This document shows, one piece after another, positions 23,550 through 36,609 of a stretch of 64,000 nt of DNA. The stretch covers positions 11,286,001 to 11,350,000 of the forward strand of contig NC_086109.1 of assembly GCF_963921235.1 (NCBI RefSeq). Reading direction: 5' to 3'. Made by a program: the position numbers and the translations under genes. The stretch is from Mobula hypostoma (taxonomy: Eukaryota). Position 1 is the stretch's first letter, and every line of letters starts with the position of its first letter. Under the pieces are notes generated by a model. That model saw nothing but the letters and a program-made list of their open reading frames with translations. It made no database searches and was not told the origin of the DNA.

Positions 23550-24057
23550 GGCATTCTGACAGGCTGCATCACTGTCTGGTATGGCGGGGGGGGGTGCGGG
23601 CTACTGCACAGGACCAAAAGAAGCTGCAGAGGATAGTAAATTTTGTCAGCTCCATCTTGGGTACTAGTCTACAAACTACCCAGGACATCTTCAGGGAGCG
23701 GCGTCTCAGAAAGGCAGCATCCATGATTAAGGACCTCCAGCATCCAGGGCATACCCTTTTCTCACTGTTACCATCACGTAGGAGGTACAGAAGCCTGAAG
23801 GCACACACTCAGTGATTCAGGAACATTCCCCTCTGCCATCCAATTCGTAAATGGACATTGAACCCTTGGACACTACCTCACTTTTTAAATATATATTATT
23901 TATGTTTTTTGCACAATTTTTAATCTATTCAATATACATGTACTGTAATTGATCTATTTATTATTATGTTTTTCTTCTATATTATGTATTGCATTGAACC
24001 ACTGCTGCTAAGTTAACAAATTTCACGTTACATGCCGGTGATAATAAATCTGTTTCT
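23550..24057 (+). mobile_element. Rex1/Babar-like LINE 3' fragment
   Basis: ILTGCITVWYG...KKLQR.V...KD.QHPGH.LFSLLPS.RRYRSL plus 3' UTR; same family as 52045-53740 (-) and 21622-21850 (-). Confidence 0.85.
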
Positions 24058-26335
24058 GGTAATAGCAGACAGCATGATTATCAATGATCCTCTGCTTATT
24101 CTTCGACTTTCGGTTCAGAAATCCTCAGCTGTAGCTTGATGATCTCTTTTAACACATTTCCTCAAAATCTATGTTCAAAGTATGTATCTGTTACACAACC
24201 TTGAGATTTGTTTCCTAACAGACAGCCATAAAATAAAGAAACCCAAACGAACCCATGAATAAAGAAGACCGTCAAACACCTTAAGTGCAGAGGAAAAGAA
24301 AACAAATCATGCAAACAATAAACAAGCAAATATCTCTCTGAACTGAAGTCCACAAAGAGAGTATGTCCACAGAGCCTTAGTTTAACACAGAGCCTAGTAA
24401 ACATTGTGGAGCAGTGAGCTGAACCAGCCTGTCCCTCGCCTTGGGCCCTGACACCCTGACCTTCCTAAATCGTTCTCCAGATATCAGTTGCTTTGATATG
24501 CGCGAGCTTGGACTCATGCCACCTCGATCCGGCCTATATCTGACCTTTCCAATTGGGCCCGGCGCTAAAATTAATTGAACCGTGAGCCTTCCTCGCTTTC
24601 GGCGACAGGCCGGGCACTTCACCCTGATTCTGCCGCATCGAACGGCCTCCAAGTCCAAGGGGAAGTTGCATGCTATTGTTTGTGATGATCAGATATTAGA
24701 AAGTATGATTAACAAAGTATTTAGTTGTTTACTTTGTTTCATTGGCCACCAGCCAGATGTTGCTGAGATTCACCAGTGCCAGCTTAGTTCCCAGAGATGT
24801 GGCGTATTATTGGATTTAGTGTAGCATTGTTTTGCCTCGAGTTGGGTGGGGTGATAAGGGCAGGAGGTGTAATCTTGCCCATGTTAGTTAAGTCTCTCCC
24901 CCCCCCCCCACCCCCCCACTTTCTTTCCAGTCCTGGTGAAGGGTCTTGACCGGAAACACCAACTGTTTATTTTCTTTCTAGAAATGCTCCCTGACGAGTT
25001 GAGTTCCTCCAGCATCTTGTGTGTATTGCTTAACATTAATTGTGCCACACATTCTGTAGAATTACATAGAACAGTACTGCACAAGAACAGGACATTCGGC
25101 CTATGATGTCTTTGGTAAACATGCCAAGTTAACTAAATCTCTTCGGTCTGCATAGGATCCATATCCCCCATTCCCTGATGTTCTAATTGTCTCTAAAACA
25201 CCACTACCGTGTCTGCTTCCACCAACAGCCCTGTGTAAACACCTTGCAGCAACTTTCAATTTGTTCCTCTAGTGTTTGACATTTTTACTAATGGGAGAAG
25301 ACTTTGACCCTCCATCTATCAAGTCTGCCCACAGAGCGACAAGAATTCCATGTGATAATCCAAATGCAGTTTAACTAATACCTACAGTGTGACTTTCCGG
25401 CTCGGTGCCCCGACCGATGGAGGCAAGCATATCATACCTAGAAACATAGAAAATAGGTGCAGGAGTAGGCCATTCGGCCCTTCACCTTTACCACCCAGTC
25501 TGCTGGTGTTGCCTCTTTCAGAGAGCTCACCCACTCCTTTGTGAGTATGATGCCACTAGTTTATAGAAATCATGAGGATAGCTGAAGAGAAAGAATCTTG
25601 CATTTGTAAGCATAGGAATACTGTTTGAGATTTATATACAATGTTATTTCACCATAGTTCACCTTGTAGACAGTTTTAGAAGTGTCAAATGAGTCTCCTT
25701 TCCAGTGCCGACATCTAGTCTATTCCAGAGAGTTTGGAATTCACTTCAACAAATTAATAAGGCATTATGGTGATGTTTAATAGAAATCTCAGTGTTCTGA
25801 TCCTATGAGTGGAATAAGGGTCATGCTAACAATATGGTAGTTATGAAAACTTCAAGATAAAATTCACTGAGGTAAATGCAATAATAAACTTGGGTTCTCA
25901 AAGACAAGTTTTAGATGATTAATCCCAGCCTTTAAAACACTGAATGTTAAACCTTTTATGGACTCAAAAGCATGATTGACGAGCGATATTCTTTACCACA
26001 TAACTGAGGTCATCTTGTGCATTCCATTTAATTGTGGTGTAGGAGGAGGACTTTTGAACATATTGGCAAATCAGAGGACCTCCTTGAAGTTCAGCTCTTG
26101 GACTTGGAACAGGTGGAGTTGGTTGCTTTGGCAAACTGCCTGTCCCGTGACTTTCTCCAGGAACACTGAAGTACAGACAAAGTACACATGGTGATTGCAC
26201 ATTATTTTTACATAGCTTATCAAGAACTGCAGTTAATACTGTACAGCTTTTAAATAATTAATACATTTGGTAAATTGATTTGTTAAAAGTTCAAAAGTAT
26301 TATCAGATTATGTATACATTATGCAACCTTGAGAT

Positions 26336-27005
26336 TTAGATTAGATTATGAGGACACACAGTCCTCTTTTATTGTCATTTAGTAATGCATGCATTAAGAA
26401 ATGATACAATTTGTTCCTCCAGAATGATATCACAGAAGCATAAGACAAACCAAGACTAAAAAAAATTGACAAAACCCACATAATTATAACATATAGTTAC
26501 AACAGTGCAAAGCAATACCATAACTTGATGAAGAACAGAGCATGGGCATGGTAAAAATAAGTCTCAAAGTCTCTTGAAAGTTCCATCATCTCACGCAGAC
26601 GGTTGAAGGGAGAAACTCTCCCTGCCATGAGCTTCCAGCACCGCAAACTTGCCGATGCAGCATCCTGGAAGCACCCGACCACAGTCCGACTCTTGAGTCC
26701 GTCCGAACTCGGAGCCTCCGACCAGCCCTCCGACACTGAGCACCATCTCTGCCGAGCGCTTCGACCCTGGCCCCGGCAACAGGCAATAGGCAAAGTGGAG
26801 GATTTGGGGCTTCCCCCTCCGGAGATTCTCGATTGCACAGTAGCAGCAGCAGTGAAGAAGGCATTTCAGAAGTTTCTCCAGCTGTTCCTCTGTGCTTCTC
26901 ACGGCTGTCTCCATCAAATCCGGATGGTGCACGGCCCCTATTTAACAAATAGGATATCAATTCGGATTGGCCGCGTGCTGCGTCACGCCGCCATCTTCTT
27001 CTCCC
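26336..27005 (-). mobile_element. Non-autonomous LINE-derived element (5' UTR-like head plus (TAATC)n tail), nested in another repeat
   Basis: Minus strand starts GAAGAAGATGGCGGCG and ends ...CCTCATAATCTAATCTAA; imperfect TSD CCTTG(G)AGATTT; second copy at ~48405-48958 (+). The host repeat resembles ~24170-24790. Confidence 0.7.
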
Positions 27006-28139
27006 CTCCTCCTTGGAGATTTGTCTCCAAATGAAACAGAACCCCCCCCCAGAAAAAATAAAAACACCCAATGTGCAGAGAAAAAAAATCATGCTGATGA
27101 TAAACACAAGCAAATAGCATTCAGAACTGAAGTCTTGTCCATAGACCCTAAGTTCAGAGCAGCAAACTGAACCAGCCCACCCCTCACCTCACGCTCCAAC
27201 ACACTGACCTTTTCAATCTGGCCTGGCGCTTAAATCGTCCAAACATTAGGTTTATTTGCTTCAGTACGCTCTGGGATCTGGACCTCGCCGCCTCAGTTCG
27301 GTCTGTTCCTGACGCTTCCGATTCGGTCCAGTGCTTGAGTCATCCAAACATCAGGTTATTCGCTTCGGTACGCTGTGTGATTCAACATTATTGTCACATG
27401 TATCAAGGTCAGTGGGGGGAAAAAAACTCTTGCTTATTGTCCATACAGATAATTTCAAGGCAATGGTGCAAGGTAAGCCAGTAACAAAATACAAAATAAA
27501 GTGTAACGGATAGGAAGTGCAGGTAGACAATAAGATGCGAGACCATTACAAGGTAGATCGTGAGGTCAGGAGTCTTCTTTGCCTTCCATTACTTTTATTA
27601 GTTGTCCCTTTGGAAACATATACTTTTGTTTGGCACTGGGCATTCCAGTATCTGCATATGGTGACACATTGTCAATTCATGCTGTTTATTTTAAATAAAA
27701 GATCTTAACAGTCTGCTATGGCGTTGATTTGGAGAATAAATTTAATGTATAACTCTCAGAGGCAATTGGAGCATGGAAAATCATTTTGACAAGGATGCAT
27801 AAATGCAAACATGAGATTCTGCAGAAGCTGAAAATCCAGACGCACACATACATGGGCATGGTCACTCCAGATGCTGCCTGACCTGTTGTACGTGTTACTG
27901 CACAGGTGTATTTGGGTTTCAATCTGTCTATTGTGTTGCTAGGATAATTTCAATGGAAAATAATAAATGTGGATCAAAGTTTGATAAGAACTGAGGCAGC
28001 AATGTTTGCAGTCTTGAATAGGAAACCTGGTCTCTTGCTATTGAATGTCAAAAGCCCACAATTAAATTGACTAACTTTATTTAAAAATGTGCATTTACAG
28101 ACAAAAGCAATTTGATTTATACAAGTGATGTGCAAGATT

Positions 28140-28532
28140 TGTTTCCAGGAAACAAATCATCCCACTCTTCCCTTATTTTCCACTTTGACCTTTTACCACT
28201 TCTCACCTGCCTATTACTTACCCCTGGGTCTCCTCCTCCTTCCCTTTCTCCTGTGGTCCACTCTTCTCTCCTATCAGATTCCTCCTTCTCCAGCCTTGGC
28301 CTTTCCTATTCCTGGCTTCACCTATCACCTTCCAGCTAGCCTCCTTCCCCAACCTCTCCCCCCCCCCCACCTTTTTATTCTGGTATCTTTCCTCTTCCTT
28401 CTCAGTCCTGAAGAAGAGTGTCAGTCCGAAATGTTGACTATTCATTTCCACTGATGCTGCCTGAGCTGCTGAGTTCCTCCAGCATTGTGTGTGTGTTGCT
28501 CTGGATTTCCAGCACCTGCAGATTTTCTCCTG
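28140..28532 (+). mobile_element. PLE 3' terminal fragment with degenerate hammerhead motif
   Basis: Pyrimidine-rich PLE 3' region, CAGTCCTGAAGAAGAGTGTCAGTCCGAAATGTTGACT at ~28403-28439, then the GATGCTGCC...CCAGCA terminal segment. Confidence 0.75.
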
Positions 28533-30174
28533 TTAGTGATTGCAGGATATCTGGTCATTGTGCCACTATCTCTTCTGACTCTATAATGTCTTGTGCTTAA
28601 TCCATACAAAGCAGAGGAACTTGAATTATTTTGGGGATTCGTGTTTCCAGTAGGGACCTTTAAAGTTGCTAATGGCTTATTGAGAAGCATAGTGTTGATT
28701 CAGAAGGAAACCTAGTTCACAATAATAATGAACTTCTGCATGTGGTGCTGGAGGTTTTGAGCTGTCTGTGATGCAGTTAAATAAAGCTGTGATCCTCCTG
28801 CGGTAAATCTTTCTTTTACTCTGAAATTCCATTGGGCACTGAGTCGGAATTCCAGCAATATCTATGCTGTAGCTGCAGCATTGGCATCAAACATTACAGC
28901 GTAATGCACCAGTTTGATTCTATTTTCTGGTCATCATTTGGATAATTTTATTTTGGTGCAAAATTCAGTGGCAGGTTGCAAACAAAAAAATAATCAAATC
29001 TCTGAAAACAGGAAAAAGGTTAGCACCTGAGAGAATCTGACATTTGCACAGTTCTTAAACTGGAGGTTTGAAGATGATATCAATGTGTAATAAGGTGCAG
29101 AGTTATGCATTTGCTGGGAGTGCTGCAATGCAGCCATTCTTGTTATTAAAGGCAAAGGTGATTCTGGAGGGGAAAAGGGTCTTCCACGCTCAATTCACTG
29201 TAATGTTTGTGACATTAATGTGGAGGGAAGGAAAATTGTTTTGATTGTTCGTGATTAGGAATTTACTCAGGGTTCAAGTGTGGATTAATTCTGTTCAATA
29301 TTTCATGAATTTACATAAAATTTTTATTACGATCACAGAGGGAACATTCTATTGATAAGCTTGATATTACTGAACATAGTGGCAAAAGTAATTTTTCCTC
29401 TTTGCAGTTGATCTTGTGTAAGAGGAAGGAATTCAAGTGTACCTGCATTGAATGAGTGTTTTGTGTCAAGGTGACCTGGTCAGTAGTATGGAATATTCAC
29501 AAAGTCCTGCCTGTTGTCAAGTTTGACCTGGCATCCTTGCAGTTACAATGAAATTCACTATATTTACGAAAGTTGAATAAGCTTTGAATTTGAGCTCTAG
29601 CCCTTTGATTACCGTGTTACATACAAGTGCAGTGATACGGCTTATCAAATGGTGAGGAGATTGCTCTGGTAATCTTCTCTTTATTTCATACAAGGCCTCT
29701 CATTTTTTTTTATTTTCTGAAGGCTGACCTCACTGGCAATTGATAATCTTGTCAGTAAACCCATTGCTTGCATTAAGCACTAGAGAGCTGATATAAACAT
29801 TCACAGCCTCAGTTTCAATAATTCTTCTCACCCAAGGTTTTGAAGGGCATTTCCCCATAATATGACGGATTTTCAATTCCTGCAGCTCAAACCTGAATCT
29901 TTATTGAGCTTGACGTCAAATAGTGACTTCTCATATTGAGGAACAGATGCATCCTTCTCAATTCAGCTCCAGATCTAGAAAACAGAAGGCATTTTATTTA
30001 TGGGCACCATGGTAGCATCGCTGTTAGTGTAAATTTATTGCAGCAGCAGTTAACTCTGCCACTCTGTAAGGAGTTTGTGCATTCTCCCCTTATCTACTTT
30101 TCAAAAACCAATGGGTTAGTTAATTGGTCACAAGGATGTAATTGGGTGATGCAGGCTCGTTAGGATGGTAGAAC

Positions 30175-31100
30175 CATGCTCTTGTGTGTGCTTAGCCCCT
30201 TGCTCTACTCACTTTATACTTACTTTGATAAGGCTAAGTACAGCTCCAATGCCACATTTAAGTTTGCTGATGGCACCACTGTGGTTGGCCAGATCAAAGG
30301 CGATGAGGAATCAGCATACAGGAGAGAGACTGAAAATCTGGCTGAAAGGTGCTACAACAACCACCTTTCACTCAACATCAGTAAAACCAAAGAGCTGATT
30401 ATTGACTTCAGGAGCAGGAAAACCGCAGGTCCATGAGACAGACATCAGGGGATAAGATGTGGAGGGGGTCTGCAACTTTAAATTCCTTGGCATTATCATT
30501 TCAGGATCTTCCTGGAACCAGTACACAAGTGGTACTACAAGGAAGGTATAGCTGCACCTCTATGTTGTTGTGACGTTTGTAAAGGTTCAACATGCTATCT
30601 AAAACTTTGACAAACTTCTATGAATGCATGGTGGAGAGGCTATTGATTGGTTACAACACAGCTTGGTATGGAAACACCAATATCCTTGAAATTAAAAGCC
30701 AGTCCATCACCATTGAGCACATTTACAAGGCTGCTGTCCCAGGAAAACAGCATTCATCGTCAAGGACCCCCACTCTCCAGGCCATGTTCCCTTGCTGATG
30801 CCATCAGGAAGGAGGTACCCTTACCATCAGGTTCAGAAACAGTTATTAACCCTCAAACATCAGGTTCTCAAACCAGAGTGGGTAACTTCACTCATCCCAA
30901 CACTGAACTGATTCCATAACCTATGGACTCACTTTCAAGGTCTCTACAACTTGTTTCTCAATATTTATTACCTATTTATTCTTATTCTTTTTTTTTTCTT
31001 TTTGTCACTTGCACATTGGTTGTTTGTCTTCGTTTCGTTTTGTGCAGCCTATCACTGATTCTATTGTGGTTCTTTGAATTTACTGTGATGCCTGCAAAGA
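30175..31100 (+). mobile_element. Rex1/Babar-like LINE RT and 3' fragment
   Basis: ORF 30176: CVLSPLLYSLYT...FKFADGTTVVG.I...ESAYRRE...NNHLSLNISKTKELIIDFR. Confidence 0.88.
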
Positions 31101-33694
31101 GAAAGGAAGATTATGTGGGAGGGAAGGGTTAGATTAGTTTTAGAGTAGGTTAAATGGTTTGCACAACATTGTGGGCCAGGAGGCCTGTACTCCGCTGTAC
31201 AATTCTGTTATATGTAACAGTCCATCTGTGACTACTGACACCAGTAGAACACTTCATTATGGAGTTAGAACAAACATTTTTATCTTTGTTTCTGTGTTCA
31301 AACAGTAAGTTTCAGACATGAAAGTCACAATTCCCAGTAGTAACATGTCTCACCTTGAGATTATACATCACAAAAAAAAATAATGCTTGCAAACAACTGG
31401 AAAATATAGGTTCTGATCAAGGGTCTCGGCCCGAAACATTAACTGTACTCTTTTCCATAGATTCTGCCTGGCCTGCTGAGTTCCTCCAACATTTTGTGTG
31501 TGTTGCTTTGGAAAATACAGGATTCAACCCCTTCTTTAATATGCTGTTACTTGGGTGTATAATGCTATGGTTGTAAAAATACCGCACAAATTAAGAATGA
31601 GGTAGCTTCCTTTTTAGAAGGCTTCCAAGACTTTAAATACAAACATGCATTTTAATTCAATTTAAATATTCATGGTTGAAACATAAATATTAAACTTATC
31701 AAAAAATAGTTAAATGAACATTGGTGTGCTGTCTAATGTTTTAGATCTCAATAGTAGGACTGGGAATTTATTAGATATTGTTCAACTGTCCATAGTTGAT
31801 CAACAAGACTGAAATGATTTCCAGTTATCATAACTGAGAAGCCAGACTTGCTATCTTAGGGCACGTACAAATGGTGGACAGTTTGTCTTCAGGGCTTTGT
31901 ACTTTTTCAGCATGGATGTACACAAAAACATTCTTATTAAAGCCATTAATCCATTGAAAAATCTGCACTAAACTTGACACAGACATTAGACACAGTGCTC
32001 CCTGAGAATCGTTATGAAATTGCGTATGTGGAAGTTTAGTGATTTCAAATGTTGACTAAAAATACAGTCTAAAGCAACCAGCACCATGATAATCTTAACT
32101 GAATTACAAATTCCAATCTTTATTAAATTAAGTAGAAAAATTTTAATAATGATAAACTAGGATCTGGAGCTTGTGTAGTTTGCATGCTGCGAAAAGATCT
32201 GAAAATGGCCTGGTACTAGTTGCTAAAATTAAATTTGAGTAACTTAGGGAATGCAATGCAGTGTGTTTATTAAATTGTTTCACATCTGTTAAAGTGTGTG
32301 ATATAGTTGACCTAATCATTAGTTTTCTTTCAGTTTTATTTTTCTCCTTGTATCATATTGATTATTTTGCATCGGATTTGCTCCTGTATTTTCTTTTTGT
32401 GAAAGGACATCTGGAGGATGAGAAGTGACTTGATAGAGGAGTACAAGATGAGTGGATTACCAAATACTTTTTCCCAGGACAGAAATGGCTAATAATTTTA
32501 GGGAGATTGGAGGAAAGTATGGGGGGAGGGGATGTGAGATGTAGTGTTTTTTTTTAAGAGAGTGGTGGGTCCCTGGAATGCCCTGCCAGGGGTGATGGTA
32601 GAGACAGATACATTAGGAGCATTTAAGAAACACTCGCATAGGTACTGCTATATATGGGTTAGATTAATAGCGGCACAATATTGAGAGCTGAAGGACTGTG
32701 CTGGAGTGTTTTGTTCTATGACATGAGATGATACAGAAGAGCAACTTTAATTATGTTAATTATATCACTGCAATGGAACAAACTAGCCATCAAGGACAAT
32801 GAAGGATTTGATGGCCATATTTTTTTTGTGTGTGAAATGTTATCACTGTAACAGGCTACACCCTTTTAATAAAGAAATTCTCAAATACTATTTAGTCCAA
32901 GGTTAAAAAAATATACAGCAATAGCATTGTGACATTTCAGTCTAAACCTGTTCATCTTTGATTGACATTTATCTGGTGAGTCTATGGATAAAATCCAATG
33001 CAAATGTTTGATGGCTTTGTTTCTACATTTCCCTTTTCTTTCCCATATTTCCCTTTATGGTCACATTGTTTTGGATGAAATTTTCTGCTTGAAGTGTGAA
33101 AAGGAATATTTTTTTCTTTGTATTCAGCAGACCATGTACTTGTACTCATAGCTCCTTGTGTTTCACTAAACGGTTCACTGAGCAGTTCAATGGAATATGG
33201 GGGCCTCCGAGTAGGTGGGCTGGTGCAGGTAGTATTTGGGCAAGCTTGACTTCAGTCAGGGCATTAAGAAAAGAAGTTAGGATGTCATGTTTTTAATTTT
33301 ATTTTTTAATTGAGATACTGCGTGGAGTAGACCCCTCTGGCTCTTCAAGCTGTGCTGCCCAGCAACCCTTCATTTAACCTAGTCTAATCGCGGGACAATT
33401 TACAATGATCAATTAACCTACTAACCAGTACGTCTTTGGACTGGGGGAAGAAAACGGAGCACTCAGAGAAATCCCACTCATTCTACAGGGAAGATGTGCA
33501 GATTCCTTGCACAGTCATGGGGAGAAGGTACAAACTTCATTCAGGCAGTGGGGAGAAATGAACCTGAGTTGCTGGTACTGTAAAGTGTTGGGCAACCACT
33601 ACGTTGTGATTGTACAAGATGTTAGTGATACTGGCTCTGAAGCACTATGTACAGAAATGGTTCATCTGGAAAGAATGCAAAGATGTACAAGCAC

Positions 33695-34235
33695 AAACTC
33701 AAGAGATTTTGGAGATGTTGGAAATCTTGAGCAACACACAATGTGTTGGAGGTACTTGGCAAGCCAGGCAGCATCTATGGAGGGGAATAAACATGAGACC
33801 CTTCATCAGAACTGGAAATGGAAAGGGCAGAATAAAGGTGGGGGGGTGGTGGAGTACAAGTTGGCAGGTGATAGACCAGGTGAAGCTAACAGTAGCTGTT
33901 TGGGGTTGGAAGGGTGATGAAAGAAGCTAGGAGGTAATAGGTGAAAGGGGTAAAGGGCTGAAGAAGGGGGAATCTGATAGAGGTCGGTGGACAGGAGGAG
34001 GGGAGGCACCAGAGGTACAGTAGGTGATGGCCAGCTGAGAAAAGAGGGGTGAGAGTGCAGTTGGAATGGAAAAAGAGAGAGGGGGAATAATTACTGGAAA
34101 TTACAAAAATCAATGTTCATGCTGTCAGGTTGGAGGGTACCCAGATAGAATATGCTCTTCCAACCTGAGATTGGTCTTATTGCGGCACTAAAGGAGCCAC
34201 TGACTGACATATCAGAAGGGGTGTGGAATTAGGAA
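33695..34235 (-). mobile_element. PLE 3' fragment
   Basis: Homologous to 55705-56290 (TCAATGTTCATG..TCAGGTTGGAGG.TACCCAGA and the terminal repeat). Confidence 0.75.
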
Positions 34236-34562
34236 GATAACTTCCATGTCAAGGTGCAATATATCACATAATTATATAGACTAATGGTTTGCTGCTGGGA
34301 GATCTTGCCATTTGCGCTGGAGAGAATGAACGTGCTTGACAGAGTGGTGCCACAACCTGCATGTGGCCTCATGGATGTTTTCTTCCCCCTTCTCAGTTTG
34401 CTTAGTCGCACCAGCAGTTTGTGTTGTTAAAGATTTATAATGATGCTGCCAGACTCGAGGGCCTGAGTAACAGGGAGTGGTTGGGCAGACTGGAACGTTA
34501 TTCTTTGGAGTGTAGGAGATTGAGGGGTGTCTATAAGGTTTATAAATAAAGTTAACACCCAT

Positions 34563-34797
34563 CAACACACACAAAATGCTGGAGGAACTTAGCAGTCCAG
34601 GCAGCACCAGAGTGGAAATTATAGAGATCAGGTTGGAGGCTATCCAAATAGGATATGGACCCCTCCAGACTGAATGAAGGGTCTCAGCCTGAAACGTCGA
34701 CTGTTTACTCTTTTCCATAGATGCTGCCTGGCCTGCTGAGTTCCTCCAGCATTTTGTGTGCGTTGCTTGGATTTCCAGCATCTGCAGATTTTCTTGT
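34563..34797. mobile_element. PLE-derived fold-back element with a near-intact hammerhead 3' half
   Basis: Left arm CAACACACACAAAATGCTGGAGGAACT; centre ATGAAGGGTCTCAGCCTGAAACGTCGACTG; right arm CCTGCTGAGTTCCTCCAGCATTTTGTGTGCGTTG. Confidence 0.8.
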
Positions 34798-35207
34798 CTA
34801 AGTTAACACACAGTGTGTTTTTCTTAGAGAAGGGGAGCTAAAAATCTAGAGACCATAGGCTTAAGGTGAGAAGCAAAAGGTTTCAAAGGGACCTCTGACC
34901 ATTCAGAGGGTGGTGCATATATGGAATGAGTTGCCAGATAAAGGGTTAAGACAGGTGTGATAAAGATATTTAAAAGACATCTTGATAAGTGCATGTCAGG
35001 AAGGAGTTGGAGCAGGGCTTTCCAACCTGGGGTCCATGCACCCCTTGCTTAATGGTATTGGTCCATGGCATAAGAAAGTTTGGAAATCCTTGGTTTAGAG
35101 GGTTAAGGCTAAGGGGACAAAATGCTTAGAGAACTTAGCAGGTCGGGCAACATCCAAGGAGGGAAATAACAGTCGAGTTTTCAGGCTGAGACCCTCCATC
35201 AGTACTG

Positions 35208-35434
35208 TAAAGGCATCCGTTAGTCTTGCGAGACCATGGATCTGCGCCTGGAAAGTCTTCACTCTCCAGGGCGCAGACCTGGGCAAGGTTGTATGGAAGA
35301 CCAGCAGTTGCCCATGCTGCAAGTCTTCCCTCTCCACGACACCAATGTTGTCCAAGGGAAGGGCATTAGGACCCATACAGCTTGGCACCAGTGTTGTCGC
35401 AGAGCAATGTGTGATTAAGTGCCTTGCTCAAGGA
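35208..35434 (-). mobile_element. 5'-truncated CORE-type SINE, tail variant B
   Basis: Reverse complement of 40284-40604, lacking the tRNA head; 10-bp TSD ATCAGTACTG (35198-35207, 35435-35444). Confidence 0.88.
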
Positions 35435-36609
35435 ATCAGTACTGATGAAAGCTGTTCCCGCCGTTGAGCACACTTACTCAGTGCGCTCTTCCAGGGAAGC
35501 AGCATCCGTCAAGGACCCTCACCCCCTAGGCCACGCTCTCTTCTTGCTGCTGCCATCAGGAAGAAGGTGCAGGAGCCTCAGGACCAACATCATCAGGTTC
35601 AGGAGTAGTTATTACCCCTCAACCATCTAAAGTAGAAGTAGAGGGGATAACTTCATTCGCCCGTCACTAAACTGTTCCTACAACCTATGGACTTCCAAGC
35701 ACTCTTAATCTCATGTTCTTGTTATTTACTGCTTACTTATTATTATTATTTTTCTTTTGTATTTGCACATTTTATCGTCTTTTGCACATTGGTTGTTCGT
35801 ACATCCTGTTAGGTACGATCCTTCAGTGACTATGTTGTGTTGCTTGGATTTATTGAGTATGCCTGCAAGAAAACAAATCTTAGGATTGTATATGTATATG
35901 GTGACGTATTTATTTTGATATTTTACTTCCTACAGCATTTTGTTTGTTGCTCATGATTAGCAGCATTGGCAGAACTTCTTGTGCCCAATGTGTAAAGCAG
36001 ATGGACATTAGGAAAGATCAGTGCAGAGGGAGTGTGTGAATCATTTGAAAATGCAGGTGGAAGAAAACTTTGGAGTAGATGTCTGAAGGCAGAGTTAAAT
36101 ATCTGGCTAGAGCCATGTAACAGGAACCAAACTGAGCAAGAAGAGGAACTGCTATCTCTTGTTTGTTATGCTCTTTAAAAACATTCCTGATTTTTACACT
36201 CTGTAGCCAGAGGAATTCTTAAAGTGCTGGGTTTCGAATTTGTTGTCATTCCTGGGTAGTTTGCTGCAAGTTATTGTATGGTAATCTGTGCAGTATGGCA
36301 AGTTATCATGCATACAAAGTTCAAAGTAAGTTTATTACCAGCACTCAGTACATGTACATCTCAAAATACTACCCTGAGATTCATTTTCTTGTGGGTATTC
36401 ATAGTAAATACAAAGAAACACAATAGAGTCGATGAAAGACTGCACACAAAAAAAGACAGACAAACAACCAATGTGCAAAAGACAACAAACTGCAAATATA
36501 AAAAAGAAGAGAGTGGGGGGAAAAGTTCCAAAATATTAAACAATAAATAAGCAATAAATATTGAACGTGATTTGTAGTTTCCTTAAAAGTGAGTCCATAG
36601 AATCTGTAC

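Noticed and set aside
26497..27113. Overlapping 113-175-aa ORFs
   Set aside because: They fall within a GC-rich repeat whose second copy (~48405-48958) does not preserve the frames.
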